A stretch of DNA of 64,000 bases, taken from the NCBI RefSeq assembly GCF_006345805.1, contig NC_043016.1:9548001-9612000 (forward strand), written 5' to 3'. The notes below the pieces were generated by a model. It did no database searches. It was not told the DNA's origin and saw only the letters and a program-made list of their open reading frames with translations. The translations under genes were made by a program, and so were the position numbers. Positions 10,545 to 23,386 of this stretch are shown one piece after another; position 1 is the first letter of the stretch, and every line of letters starts with the position of its first letter. This stretch comes from Octopus sinensis. Its lineage: Eukaryota.

Positions 10545-13188
10545 AACCCCCTTGGGATAGTGTCCCAGCATGGCCACAGTCCAATGACTGAAACAAGTAA
10601 AAGATAAAAGATATACTGGGATTGATTTGTTCAACTAAAACCCTTCAAGGTGGTGCCCCAGCATGGCCAGAGTCCAATGACTGAAACAAGTAAAAGATAA
10701 AAGATATACTGGGATTGATTTGTTCAACTAAAACCCTTCAAGGTGGTGCCCCAGCATGGCCACAGTCCAATGACTGAAACAAGTAAAAGATAAAAGATAT
10801 ACTGAGATTGAGTTGTTCAACTAAAACCCTTCCAGTGGTGCTCCAGCATGGCACAGTCCAATGACTGAAAAGTAAACGATAAAAGATATACTGGGATTGA
10901 TTTGTTCAACTAAAACCGTTCAAGGTGGTGCCCCAGCATGGCCACAGTCCAATGACTGAAACAAGTAAAAGATAAAAGATATACTGGGATTGATGTGTTC
11001 AACTAAAACCCTTCAAGGTGGTGCCCCAGCATGGCCACAGTCCAATGACTGAAACAAGAAAAAGATAAAAGATATACTGAGATTGAGTTGTTCACTAAAA
11101 CCCTTCCAGGTGGTGCCAGCATGGCCACAGTCCAATGAATGAAACAAGAAAAAGATAAAAGATATACTGGGATTGATTTGTTCAACTAAAACCCTTCCAG
11201 GTGGTGCTCCGCATGGCCACAGTCCAATGACTGAAAAAGAAAAGATAAAGATATACTGAGATTGAGTTGTTCAACTAAAACCCTTCCAGGTGGTGCCCCA
11301 GCATGGCCCAGTCCAATGACTGAACAAAAAAAAGATAAAAGATATACTGGGATTGATTTGTTCAACTAAAACCCTTCCAGGTGGTGCTCCAGCATGGCCA
11401 CAGTCCAATGACTGAAACAAGAAAAAGATAAAAGATATACTGAGATTGAGTTGTTCAACTAAAACCCTTCAAGGTGGTGCCCCAGCATGGCCACAGTCCA
11501 ATGAATGAAACAAGAAAAAGATAAAAGATATACTGGGATTGATTTGTTCAACTAAAACCCTTCAAGGTGGTGCTCCAGCATGGCCACAGTCCAATGAATG
11601 AAACAAGTAAAAGATAAAAGATATACTGAGATTGATTTGTTCAACTAAAACCTTCCAGGTGGTGCTCCAGCATGGCCACAGTCCAATGAATGAAACAAGT
11701 AAAAATAAAAGATATACTGAGATTGAGTTGTTCAACTAAAACCCTTCAAGGTGGTGCCCCAGCATGGCACAGTCCAATGAAGAATGAAACAAAAAAGATA
11801 AAAGATATACTGGGATTGATTTGTTCAACTAAAACCCTTCAAGGTGGTGCTCCAGCATGGCCACAGTCCAATGAATGAAACAAGAAAAAGATAAAAGATA
11901 TACTGGGATTGATTTGTTCAACTAAAACCCTTCAAGGTGGTGCCCCAGCATGGCCACAGTCCAATGAATGAAACAAGAAAAAGATAAAAGATATACTGAG
12001 ATTGAGTTGTTCAACTAAAACCCTTCCAGGTGGTGCCCCAGCATGGCCACAGTCCAATGAATGAAACAAGTAAATGATAAAAGATATACTGGGATTAATT
12101 TGTTCAACTAAAACCCTTCCAGGTGGTGCTCCAGCATGGCCACAGTCCAATGACTGAAACAAGTAAATGATAAAAAGATACTGGGATTAATTTGTTCAAC
12201 TAAAACCCTTCCAGGTGGTGCTCCAGCATGGCCACAGTCCAATGACTGAAACAAGTAAATGATAAAAGATATACTGGGATTAATTTGTTCAACTAAAACC
12301 CTTCCAGGTGGTGCTCCAGCATGGCCACAGTCCAATGACTGAAACAAGTAAATGATAAAAGATATACTGGGATTAATTTGTTCAACTAAAACCCTTCAAG
12401 GTGGTGCTCCAGCATGGCCACAGTCCAATGAATGAAACAAGTAAAAGATAAAAGATATACTGAGATTGATTTGTTCAACTAAAACCCTTCCAGGTGGTGC
12501 CCCAGCATGGCCACAGTCCAATGAATGAAACAAGTAAAAGATAAAAGATATACTGGGATAATTTGTTCAACTACAAACCCTTCAAGGTGGTGCCCCAGCA
12601 TGGCCACAGTCCAATGACTGAAACAAGTAAAGATAAAGATATACTGGGATTGATTTGTTCAACTAAAACCCTTCAAGGTGGTGCCCCAGCATGGCCAGAG
12701 TCCAATGACTGAAACAAGTAAAAGATAAAAGATATACTGGGATTGATTTGTTCAACCTAAAACCCTTCAAGGTGGTGCCCCAGCATGGCCACAGTCCAAT
12801 GACTGAAACAAGTAAAAGATAAAGATATACTGGGATTGATTTGTTCAACTAAAACCCTTCAAGGTGGTGCCCCAGCATGGCCACAGTCCAATGACTGAAA
12901 CAAGTAAAAGATAAAAGATATACTGGGATTGATTTGTTCAACTAAAACCCTTCAAGGTGGTACCCCAGCATGGCCACAGTCCAATGACTGAAACAAGTAA
13001 AGATAAAAGATATATTGGGATTGATTTGTTCAACTAAAACCCTTCAAGGCGGTGCCCCAGCATGGCAACAGTCCAATGAATGAAACAGTAAAAGATAAAA
13101 GATATACTGGGATTGATTTGTTCAACTAAAACCCTTCAAGGCGGTGCCCCAGCATGGCCACAGTCCAATGACTGAAACAAGTAAAAGG
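10545..13188 (+). repeat. 93-bp tandem array (~28 copies) of the SINE-B 3' tail
   Basis: Unit tactgggattgatttgttcaactaaaacccttcaaggtggtgccccagcatggccacagtccaatgactgaaacaagtaaaagataaaagata. No spacers. Confidence 0.95.
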
Positions 13189-13559
13189 AAAATAAATGAC
13201 AAGGAAATACATTATTCAAAATGCCTGTTTTCCTGACAGTGAAACAGAGGCAGCGCAGACACAATCCTTTTCTAACAACATACCTTGTAAGAGATTACTC
13301 CTCATAAATCAAAGTCCACATCCCCCACAAAATAATTTAGCAAACAAACACTTATGTAGAACATAATATAGTAAATAAATGAAAAGTTTATCAAGAGAAA
13401 GAAAATAAGTGAAACGAAACAAAAGGTAAAAAAGGAAATCATTCAAATTAATCAAGTCAGCCCAAAAGATTTGTGTTACAAAACTTTAAAAAAAAAGTAA
13501 TGCGTTTATATAATCATGACATTATGATTTCTCCCTGGACCCTGAGACCAACAGGTGAA

Positions 13560-14029
13560 TCAGACAAGCACCCTCCACATTTGCCAGGTTCACAAAGAGT
13601 CTGCAAAAACAGAAAAAACTGTCTGCAATACCAAGACTGCTGTCCATAAGGTGTGTGTGCTCTTAGTACACTACACTACAGCAATGAGGCGTAGAACCTC
13701 TACTCCAGACAGGAGCAGCATCTCAATATCTTTCACCTTCCTGATTTGAGACACACCTTGGATATCAAGTGGACCAATGACATCACCAACACCCATGTCT
13801 TCAACTGCGCCAAGATACCCAGCATACTCACACTGCTCCAGCAGGGTCATTTGTGCTGGTTCGGTTATGTCCATCGCATGCCAGATGGAAGGGTCCCAAA
13901 AGACCTCCCATATGGGGAAATGGCAACAGCCACATGAGCACCTCTTCATTTCAAGAACTTCTGTAAGAGGGATATGAAGTCGCTTGATCTGGACGTCCAG
14001 AGATGGGAGTAGGTTGCAAATGACTGCCT
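13560..14029 (+). mobile_element. Degenerate RTE LINE ORF2 fragment (5' part of an interrupted copy)
   Basis: Reads LDIKWTNDITNTHVFNCAKIPSILTLLQQGHLCWFGYVHRMPDGRVPKDLPYGEM and then KRDMKSLDL..W, i.e. the RTE LRW-x-GHV-x-RM-x-D-x-R-x-PK motif. Confidence 0.85.
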
Positions 14030-14229
14030 ACACTCTTTTACTCGTTTCAGTCATTTGACTGAGCCCATGCTGGAGCACCGCCTTTAATCGAGCAACTCGA
14101 CCCCCGGGACTTATTCTTTTTGTAAGCCCAGTACTTATTCTATCGGTCTCTTTTGCCAAATCGCTAAGTAACAGGGACATAAACACACCAGCATCGGTTG
14201 TCAAGCAATGCTAGGGGAACAAACACAGA

Positions 14230-15750
14230 CACACAAACACGCATATATATATACATACATACACACACATATATATACATACATACACACACATATATAT
14301 ACATACATACACACACATATATATACATACATACATACACACACATATATATACATACATACATACACACATATATATACATACATACATACACACACAT
14401 ATATATACATACATACATACACACACATATATATACATACATACATACACACACATATATATACATACATACATACACACACATATATATACATACATAC
14501 ATACACACACATATATATACATACATACATACACACACATATATATACATACATACATACACACACATATATATACATACATACATACACACATATATAT
14601 ATACATACATACATACACACATATATATATACATACATACACACATATATATACATACATACATACACACATATATATATACATACATACATACACACAT
14701 ATATATATACATACATACATACACACATATATATATACATACATACATACACACATATATATATACATACATACACACATATATCATACATACATACACA
14801 CATTATATACATATACTACACACATATATATATACATACATACATACACAATATATATATACATACATACATACACACATATATAATACATACATACATA
14901 CAAACACATATATATACATAAACACACACATATATATAACATACATACACACATATATATATATACATACATACACACATATATACACATACATACACAC
15001 ATATACACACATATATACACACATATACACACATATATACACACATATATACACACATATACACACATATATACACACATATACACACATATATACACAT
15101 ATATACACACATATATACACATATATACCACCATATATACACCAATATTAACACATATATACACATATATACATACATATACACATATATACATACATAT
15201 ATACACATATATACATACATATATACACATATATACATACATATATACACATATATACATACATATATACACATATATACATACATATATACACATATAT
15301 ACATACATATATACACATATATACATATATACATACACATATATACATATATACACATATATATATACATATATACACATATATACATACATATATACAC
15401 ATATATACATATATACACATATATATATACATATATACACATATATATATATACATATATACACATATACACATATATATATACACATATACACATATAT
15501 ATATACACATATATATATACACATATACACATATATATATGCATACACATATACACATATATATATACACATATATATATACATATATATATACACATAT
15601 ATATATACATATATATATACACATATATATATACATATATACACATATATATATACATATATACACATATATATATACATATATACACATATATATATAC
15701 ATATATACACATATATATATACATATATACACATATATATACATATATAC
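14230..15750. repeat. Compound (TA)/(CA)/(CATA) microsatellite, ~1.5 kb
   Basis: Seen directly. It explains the YIH/MCVY ORFs. Confidence 0.97.
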
Positions 15751-16980
15751 ATCATCATCATCATCATCGTTTAGCGTCCGTTTTCCATGCTAGCATGGGT
15801 TGGACGGGTCAACTGGGGTCTGTGAAGCTGGAAGGCTTCGTCAGGCCCAGTCAGATCTGGCAGTGTTTCTATGGCTGGATTGCCCTTCCTAACGCCAACC
15901 ACTCCGCGAGTGTAGTGGGTGTTTTTTACGTGCCACCTGCACAGGTGCCAGACAGAGCTGGCGAACGGCCACGAACGGATGGTGCCTTTTACATGACACC
16001 GGACACGGGGCCAGGCGATGCTGGCAACGGACACGACGGATGGTGCTTTTACGTGCCACCGACACGGGGCCAGACAGAGCTGGCAACCGGCCACGAACGG
16101 ACGGTGCTTTTACGTGTCACCGGCACGGGGGCCAGCCGAGGCTGGCAACGGCGGCGAACGGATGGTGCTTTTACGTGCCACCGACACGGTTGCCAGACAG
16201 AGCTGGCAAACGGCCACGAGCGGACGGTGCTTTTACGTGTCACCGGCACGGGGGCCAGCCGAGGCTGGCAACGGACGCGAACGGATGGTGCTTTTACGTG
16301 CCACCGACACGGTTGCCAGACAGAGCTGGCAAACGGCCACGAGCGGACGGTGCTTTTACGTGTCACCGGCACGGGGGCCAGTCGAGGCTGGCAACGGACA
16401 TGGACGGATGGTGCTTTTACGTGCCACCGACACGGGGCCAGACAGAGCTGGCAAATGGCCACGAACGGATGGTGCTTTTACGTGTCACCGGCACGGGGGC
16501 CAGCCGAGGCTGGCAATGGACACGGACGGATGGTGTTTACGTGCCACCGACACGGGGCCAGACAGAGCTGGCAAATGGCCATGAACGGATGGTGCTTTTA
16601 CGTGCCACCGACACGGGGCCAGACAGAGCTGGCCAACGGCCACGAACGGACGGTGCTTTTACGTGTCACCGGCACGGGGCAGGCGAGGCTGGCAACGAAC
16701 ACGAACGGATGGTGCTTTTACGTGCCACGACACGGGGCCAGGCAGAGCTGGCAAACGGCCATGAGCGAATGGTGCTTTTTTACGTATCACCGGCACGGGT
16801 GCCAGACGAGGCTGACAGCGGACACGAACAGATGGGTCACTTAACCCCTGCTTTCTGATATATGATTTGATTTTGATTGTTCTCACTGGTCTTGCCGGGT
16901 CTTCTCACGCACAGCATACTTCCATAGGTCTCGGGTCATTTCCTTGGTGAGACCTAGAGTCGAAGGTCGTGCTTCACCAC
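15751..16980 (-). mobile_element. RTE LINE 3' end: ORF2 C-terminus, 3'UTR with expanded VNTR (15900-16830) and (GAT)n tail
   Basis: Minus strand VVKHDLRLLGL then ...RDLWKYAVREKTRQDQ*, continuing into the family C sequence. This identifies family C as an RTE 3'UTR. Confidence 0.8.
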
Positions 16981-16990
16981 CTATACACAT

Positions 16991-17062
<72 letters not shown>

Positions 17063-17226
17063 ATACGACGTGCTTCTTTTCAGTTTCCGTCTACAAATCC
17101 ACTCACAAGGCTTTGGTCGGCCCGAGGCTATAGTAGAAGACACTTGCCCAAGGTGCCCACAGTGGGACTGAACCCGGAAGCATGTGTGGTAAACAAGTTA
17201 CTTACCACACAACCACTCCTGTGCCT

Positions 17227-17480
17227 GGAGACAAATACTGTGAAAGGGGATGAAACAAGAAGAAGCAAAACAGGAACTTGCCACCAAAGGAAAGTGCACT
17301 TGACAAAAGGAAAAACCAATAGTACTGGCAGAGAGCTCCTTCAAATGCAGTCGCTGTATGCATGATTGCCACTCCCGTGTGAGCCTGTACAGCCACAACA
17401 GATGCTGCACCACCATCAGCAGCTGACATGATTTCTTTGGGTGCAGACCCATGGCATATCGAGACCAAATGATGCCTGCT
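17227..17480 (+). mobile_element. Degenerate RTE LINE C-terminus (continuation of 13560-14029)
   Basis: Reads WRQIL*KGMKQEE... and SSFKCSRCMHDCHSRVSLYSHNRC, the RTE C-terminal zinc-finger motif (C-x2-C...HSR-x-G/S-L-x-SH). Confidence 0.8.
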
Positions 17481-18067
17481 ACATGCAAGCCATGGAAAAA
17501 GTCATGAAGAACTTATAATGTGGGTCAAATGTTATGGGTGATTCATGCTCATTAGAGATATGATTATACTCTTTTACTTATTTCCTTTTTTAATTGGTCA
17601 AGAGGAAGGGCCTACTAGTGCATCAGTGATTGCATTCCTTCATAATAAGTAATACTGTTGTTGGTTTCCCCACCAAGTCTTTCTAAAGGTACAGGGCAAC
17701 CAATTCTTAGAGCAGGGTGGAATTCAACCTCAGTATTTTAGTGGTATTTTATCAACCCCAAAAGAATGAAAGGACAAAAAACTTCAGTAGGGTTTGAACT
17801 CAGAATGCAGAAAGCCAGATGAACCGGTGCAAAGTATTCATTCTATCCAACACTCTTATAATTCTGCTAGTTTGCCACTTGTTACAGGTACAACACGACA
17901 GAGATTTAGCAGCTATTTCTAGCAGATCAAGTACCCATGGAGAGGTTCTCTTCTTTGCTTGTGTCTCACATGAGTTTATTTAGGTCTATTAACTTGCTAA
18001 ACAAATACACACACACACAGAGAAAAATACATTTTGAAAATAAGAATGCAAGAATAATATGACTTAC

Positions 18068-18114
18068 TTGTTGAGTTGAAGAAATGCCTGACACATTTAT
18101 CCATTGAAGCAATA
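18068..18114 (-). CDS. AMDHD2: N-acetylglucosamine-6-phosphate deacetylase exon (47 nt)
   Basis: ttccag / gtaagt. Reads (S)IASMDKCVRHFFNST, matching human SIAPMDVCVRHFLQAT as I recall it. In phase. Confidence 0.9.
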
Positions 18115-18539
18115 CTGGAAAATTATAAAAGAATAAAAGAATATGATTCAAAGTGTAAACTCATTAAAATGTTTAGTTATTCAGCTATATTTATGAATAC
18201 AAATGATATAAACGTATGCAACATGCTCATACGTTTTATATAAAACAATAAACACTTCTTGTAGGTTCTCTTTTCTTTTATACACTGATCTACTTCCTTT
18301 TTTATTTATTTCCTTTTTTAATTGGTCAAGAGGAAGGGCCTATGGCATGTAGCTTTCATAGGCTTTCCGATACTAACAAGATGGACAAGGTCAGTATTTC
18401 ACTTGAACAGCTGTAATTTGATGGCTGCAGGTAAAAGAAACATGGGCAAAGAAGACAATTACAGAATAATAATGCACCCCGGAGAAAGAGCAACTGTAAG
18501 AAGTAGCTAGTACAGTGAAGTACATGGGAGTGGAGATAC

Positions 18540-18763
18540 TACAAGGTGGTGCTGAAAATTTCCTGGCTTTGGATAAAAGAAAATAGAGGAGGATCAGTTA
18601 ATTATAATTTCATTCAACGTATTCCCCTCTCAGATTCACACACTTATTCTAGAAGCCCTTCAGCTTTTCTAAGCCCTGTAAAAGAACTCGGACGATTGGA
18701 CCTCCAACCAGGCCTTTTCACAATACCCTTGAAGCCAGTAACTTTTCAACACCATCTCACATA
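18540..18763. mobile_element. Mariner-like MITE (second copy ~19123-19342)
   Basis: TIR tacaaggtggtgctgaaaatttcctggcttt versus gaagccagtaacttttcaacacc. TA-flanked and repeated twice. Confidence 0.65.
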
Positions 18764-20553
18764 TATATGTATATATATATTGGCCTGCTCACTTAACCAG
18801 TGGGGGGGGGGCATCATTTGAAGGCTAAAACAATGAGAAGTGCATTGTGACCAGCGATGTGTAGCAACATCTGATAGCCTGGTTGGTCACAGTGATCACA
18901 GTGATATGTATATACATATATATAATCATCATCGTTTAACGTCCGTTTTCCATGCTAGCATGGGTTGGACGGTTTTGACTGAGTGCTGGCAACCAGATGG
19001 CTGCACCAGGCTCCAGTCTTGATCTGGCAGAGTTTCTACAGCTGGATGCCCTTCCTAATGCCAACCACTCCGAGAGTGTAGTGGGTGCTTTTTACGTGCT
19101 TTTTACACATACATATGTATACATAAAAGGATGCTGAAAAGTTCCTGGCTTTGGGTAAAAGAAAATACAGAAAGATCAGTTAATTATGATTTTATTCAAC
19201 ATATTCCCCTCTCAGATTCCCATACTTATTGCTGTGGTCCTTCAGTTTTTCTAAGCCCTGTAAAAGAACTCAAAAGGTTAGGCTTCCAACCAGGCCTTTC
19301 ATGATACCCTTAAAGCAAGGAACTTTTCAGCACCCATTTCATGACAAAAGGAGGAGAGACATATGAATCAAGTCCCTGAATGGAGATGGTGTGAATTCAT
19401 CCACCAGCTAACTGTAAGAAACAGAAGCTACTGTAATAACAATAAAAAGTGGAAGGTGATAAGACAGCATGGTGGTGAACAACAGGATATAGAGTGCAGA
19501 TGACTAACTTCATGTAACTGTTATTAGCTTAATTCGATCAATAAGCACATGGTCTACCAAATCCACTCACAAGCCTTTGGTTGGTCTGAGGCTATAGTAG
19601 AAGACACTTGCCCAAGGTGCCATGCGGTAGGACTGAACCCGGGACCATGTGGTTCCGAAGCAAGCTTCTTACCACACAGCGATACCTGTGTCTATATATT
19701 CACAGACACACACAAACACATGACAGGCTTCTTTCATTTTCCATTTACCTGATCCACTCACAAGGTTTTAATCAGCCCAGAGGTATAGTAAAAGACATTT
19801 GTCCCAGGTGCCAACCATTGGGACTGAACCCAATTCCACATGGTTGAGAAGCAAGCTTCTTAGCCTCATAGTCATGCCTGTCCGAAACAGAACTAATTAT
19901 TTTTTCAGTCTAATTTTTTTTACTCTCCTAGAACATCATTCCCAGGGATTCTATATCCAACTGTCCTCACTTGTACTTGTGGAGTTCATAAGCCTTATTC
20001 AGGTAACTCAAATCATCTTGCATTACTATTTAGCCATTTAGCCCTAGGTTGACCTTGACCAAAAGCATTCAAACTATGACAATTCCTGTCTTTATTTTCT
20101 GGAATAGTGTATGCCGAACACTACATCACACAAGGAGCCCCTTTTTAAGAGCTTATTTAAAGCTAAACAACACCAGCAATGAAGGATGAACAACCAAATC
20201 ATACAAGCCAATGAAGGAGCCTCAACATGGTTACACAGCCCACTAGAAATAGCAACCAGCTCCCCCTTCAAACCACACTATACTATTTTGAAAGAAAGAA
20301 CACCATATATAATGTGCAGTTAATTTCCTGTACATAAGAAAAACAGAGGATGGTCACAGCTAAATTACCTTTAATCATAGGTTTGCTTGATCAATACTGA
20401 CCTGTGGTTAAACAACTACAAAGATATAAACAACTAGAAGAAATCAAAAAGGCTTGAATTTCCTGTGTTGAGCAACTGTAAATGCGTATTGTAGTACTCC
20501 TGCACCGAAGAAGGTTTTGTTGTTGCATGACAATGCACACCCACACACGGCTA

Positions 20554-20737
20554 TCTATGAAATTCCTATTTTTTATGATTTTTTGACTGCTGTGTCACCA
20601 TTTTTCGGTGTATTTCAACCAGAAAAATGTTCACTTAAAGAGAATAACAAGCTACATAATGCAAAATTTTTACTTTTCAAAAATTCCAATTCTAAAGGGT
20701 TGAAACAAACCTGAGCAACGCCGGGTGATACTGCTAG
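20554..20737 (+). mobile_element. Short Helitron-like element
   Basis: A|TC start. The 3' end ctgagcaacgccgggtgatactgCTAG|T is shared with the 26500 and 58002-59806 elements. Confidence 0.55.
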
Positions 20738-22404
20738 TACATTGAAAAAAAAACAAGAGTGTGTATAATTTTTGACTCTCCCTCGTATATTCCGCACCTG
20801 GAACGTACACCAGGTATGTTGCAGGAATACTCACTTTTGCAAGCTGAGTGGACTTGAGCAATGTGAAACGAAGTGTTTGTTCAAGAATACAACACACCGC
20901 CTGATCAAAGAATCAAAGCCACAATCTTACAATCATGAGTTCAACACCTTAGCCACTAAGTCACACACCTTCTGCTAACTATAGTGTTAGAGTTTAGCTT
21001 CAAAGAAGTAACACCTGAGCAAACCTATGATCAAAGGAATTCCAGTCATGACCATCTGATCTGCATTCGTTGGTACAGTGTACCTTAAGGCAGTAAATTG
21101 GCAGAGTCATAAGGGCATTGTAAACAATTCCTTGTGATATATGTTGTAGTTCTCTGCATTTTGAGGTGTGACTTTACCTTTCATTCCTTGGGTGGGAGAG
21201 GTCAATTTAGAAGGCAATTTTTTTCTTTTGTTCCTTCTTTTTCTCTCTTTTTCTATTTCTCTCTCTATTTCCCTCTCTCTGAATCAGTTACATTACACTG
21301 TCAAATGACACATGGAAGTCACTAAAAGCATTACATTCTTCAGAAATGGGAGATGGTTTCAGCATGGAACCATACAGGAATAGACCAATGTTAGGAAGAC
21401 GTGAACATCTGAGCCTATATTGCCTTTTCAGTAGTGAGCTTGGCACTTTGAAGAAACCATAGGTGGGAGCAATCCACAGTATGAACATAGTCTTTTGCTC
21501 TCTTCTCTATAGCTTCAGTTCAAGAAAAAACATTAACTACATTGATTCCAGTAGACTAGAAGAAAATTTCCCTTTCTCCAGACCAAATGAATAAGGGAAA
21601 AATAAATTAAAATAAACATTTGTTGTATCTTCGGAAGGTCATTATGCCAATAATTGCTACAAACAATGGTTCAATTTCACTTTTCATAATTCATCAACTG
21701 GTTAACCTTTAGTACACTGTAGGTGCATCATGTCACCATATGAGGTTTCTCCCTTGTAGTAACAAGACAGTGGCAGGGGAAACAACTCTAGAGAAAATGC
21801 AATGTGGTAAAGGTTAATTATCTAACCAACATACTTCTTATTTGATTAGTTATTCAGTTAATCAAACAATCAGTTGTGTTTGCCAAAAATCCTTTTGTTG
21901 CCTTTTGCAACCTCTTACAACAAAATACACATCAATACACAAGCTCATTCCAGAAAACATGCAAATCAAATACAAAAACGAAATGAATAAAAAATTTGTG
22001 TTCTCAGAATTCATTTTGCCAATTATTTTGGTGTTTACAACATCTTAATGAAAATGCTTTACAGCTCTTAAGTTCCAAGTCCAGAATTCATCCTACCTAG
22101 AGGATCTTGTCCTTTTATTCTTCTCCTAGAAATCTGATACAATTAAACACCAGTGAGATACTGACAGCCTCTTTAATACTCCTTTTGAAATTATTATTTT
22201 GATGCCATCAGCATAGCTTAAATAGGTACAAAATCAGAATAGCAATACAAATGACATAAATAGTTTCTATTCTTCCATTCAAACCATTTTCTTTTCTCCA
22301 TTTCTCTTTCTTCAGTTCACCAGTCTAAGCTATCAAATCGATGATTCATCACAAAAAAAAAAAAAATAGACAGAAAAGAAAAAATACATAATAAATCTCA
22401 TTAC

Positions 22405-22534
22405 CTTCCACACAATGTTTCGGTGCCAGCCAGGACAGCTCTGTTGTGCTTTATTTCAACCTTCTGTGGACCAATTGTGTGTAAACCAGGAGGTAGTCCC
22501 ATTGCTGGAACAGCATCAGTGACTATCACAAGTC
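22405..22534 (-). CDS. AMDHD2: N-acetylglucosamine-6-phosphate deacetylase exon (130 nt)
   Basis: gttcag / gtaatg. Reads (G)LVIVTDAVPAMGLPPGLHTIGPQKVEIKHNRAVLAGTETLCG(S), with the catalytic Asp in VTDA. Confidence 0.95.
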
Positions 22535-22584
22535 CTGAACAATGAGAAATACATACAGATATATTTAAAAGTCTGTGCATGTAT

Positions 22585-22770
22585 GTGTATATAAGAGAGT
22601 GTGTATGTGTGTGTGTGTATATATAAGAGTGTGTGTGTATATAAGAGTGTGTGTGTATATAAGAGTGTGTGTGTATATAAGAGTGTGTGTGTATATAAGA
22701 GTGTGTGTGTATATAAGAGTGTGTGTGTGTGTATATAAGAGTGTGTGTGTGTGCATATAAAAGTGTATGA
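22585..22770. repeat. 18-bp minisatellite (gtgtgtgtatataagagt)n
   Basis: Seen directly, about 8 copies. Confidence 0.9.
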
Positions 22771-22796
22771 GTGTGTGCATGTATATATATATGTTA

Positions 22797-23115
22797 AGGC
22801 GCGTGGCTTATGGTTAGGGGCATTCGGCTCATGATCGTAAGGTCAGGAGTTCAATTCCTGACAGCATGTTGTGTCCTTGAGCAATACACTTTATTTCAAG
22901 TTGCTCCAGTTCACTCAGCTGGCTAAAATGAGTTCTCCAGTATTTCAAAGGGGCAAGCCTTGTCACACACAGTGCTACACTGAATCTCCAAGAAATCCAT
23001 TAAGTGTACACATGTCCATGGAATGCTCAGCCACTTAAACGTTAATTTCACGAGCAAGCTGTACCGTTGATCGTATCAGCTGGACTCTCGTTGTCACAAC
23101 TGGCGGAGTGCTCCT
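22797..23115 (+). mobile_element. tRNA-derived SINE family E (related copies ~38750-39060, 43525-43850, 55185-55400)
   Basis: Head ggcgcgtggcttatggttagg...ggagttcaattcc (A/B boxes) followed by the shared gtgtccttgagcaanacactttatttca.gttgctccagt domain. Confidence 0.7.
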
Positions 23116-23165
23116 ATACTATATATATTATATATATATATATATTATATATATATATATATATA

Positions 23166-23197
<32 letters not shown>

Positions 23198-23386
23198 ATA
23201 TATATATATACACACACATACACACACATCATTTATATCTTTATCATCATTTAATGATGGTATGGGTTGGACAGCTTGACAGGAGCTGGTAAGGCCAGGA
23301 ACTGCAACAGGTTCCATTTATGTTTTGGCAGGTTTTCTATGGTTGGATACCCCTGCTAAAGCCAACCACTTTGCATAGTATATGGG

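Larger units (their letters stand above)
9585..13188 (+). mobile_element. SINE family B copy inflated by an internal (TG)-rich microsatellite and a tandem tail array
   Basis: Head with ggcaccctgggcaagtgtcttc at ~9640, microsatellite 9730-10410, body at 10420-10540, then the tail array. Confidence 0.75.
14030..17226 (-). mobile_element. SINE family B split by a 1.5-kb microsatellite and a nested RTE 3' end
   Basis: Tail and body at 14030-14225, head at 17066-17226 (minus: aggagtggttgtgtggtaag...gggttcagtcccactgtgggcaccttgggcaagtgtc). Confidence 0.8.

Noticed and set aside
10545-13188. CRISPR-like appearance of the regular 93-bp arrays (also 48050-49942)
   Set aside because: The units are contiguous with no unique spacers, derive from a SINE tail, and lie in a eukaryotic context with no cas genes.
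14164-15767. Tyr/Ile/His and Met/Cys/Val ORFs up to 327 aa
   Set aside because: Translations of the TA/CA microsatellite.
15795-16858. 349-aa and 272-aa repetitive ORFs
   Set aside because: They are antisense to an RTE 3'UTR VNTR, are open in several frames and have no recognisable domain.
21288-21463. Open frame after a polypyrimidine tract and AG on the plus strand (YITLSNDTWKSLKALH...)
   Set aside because: No similarity to the missing NipSnap regions or to anything I recognise.
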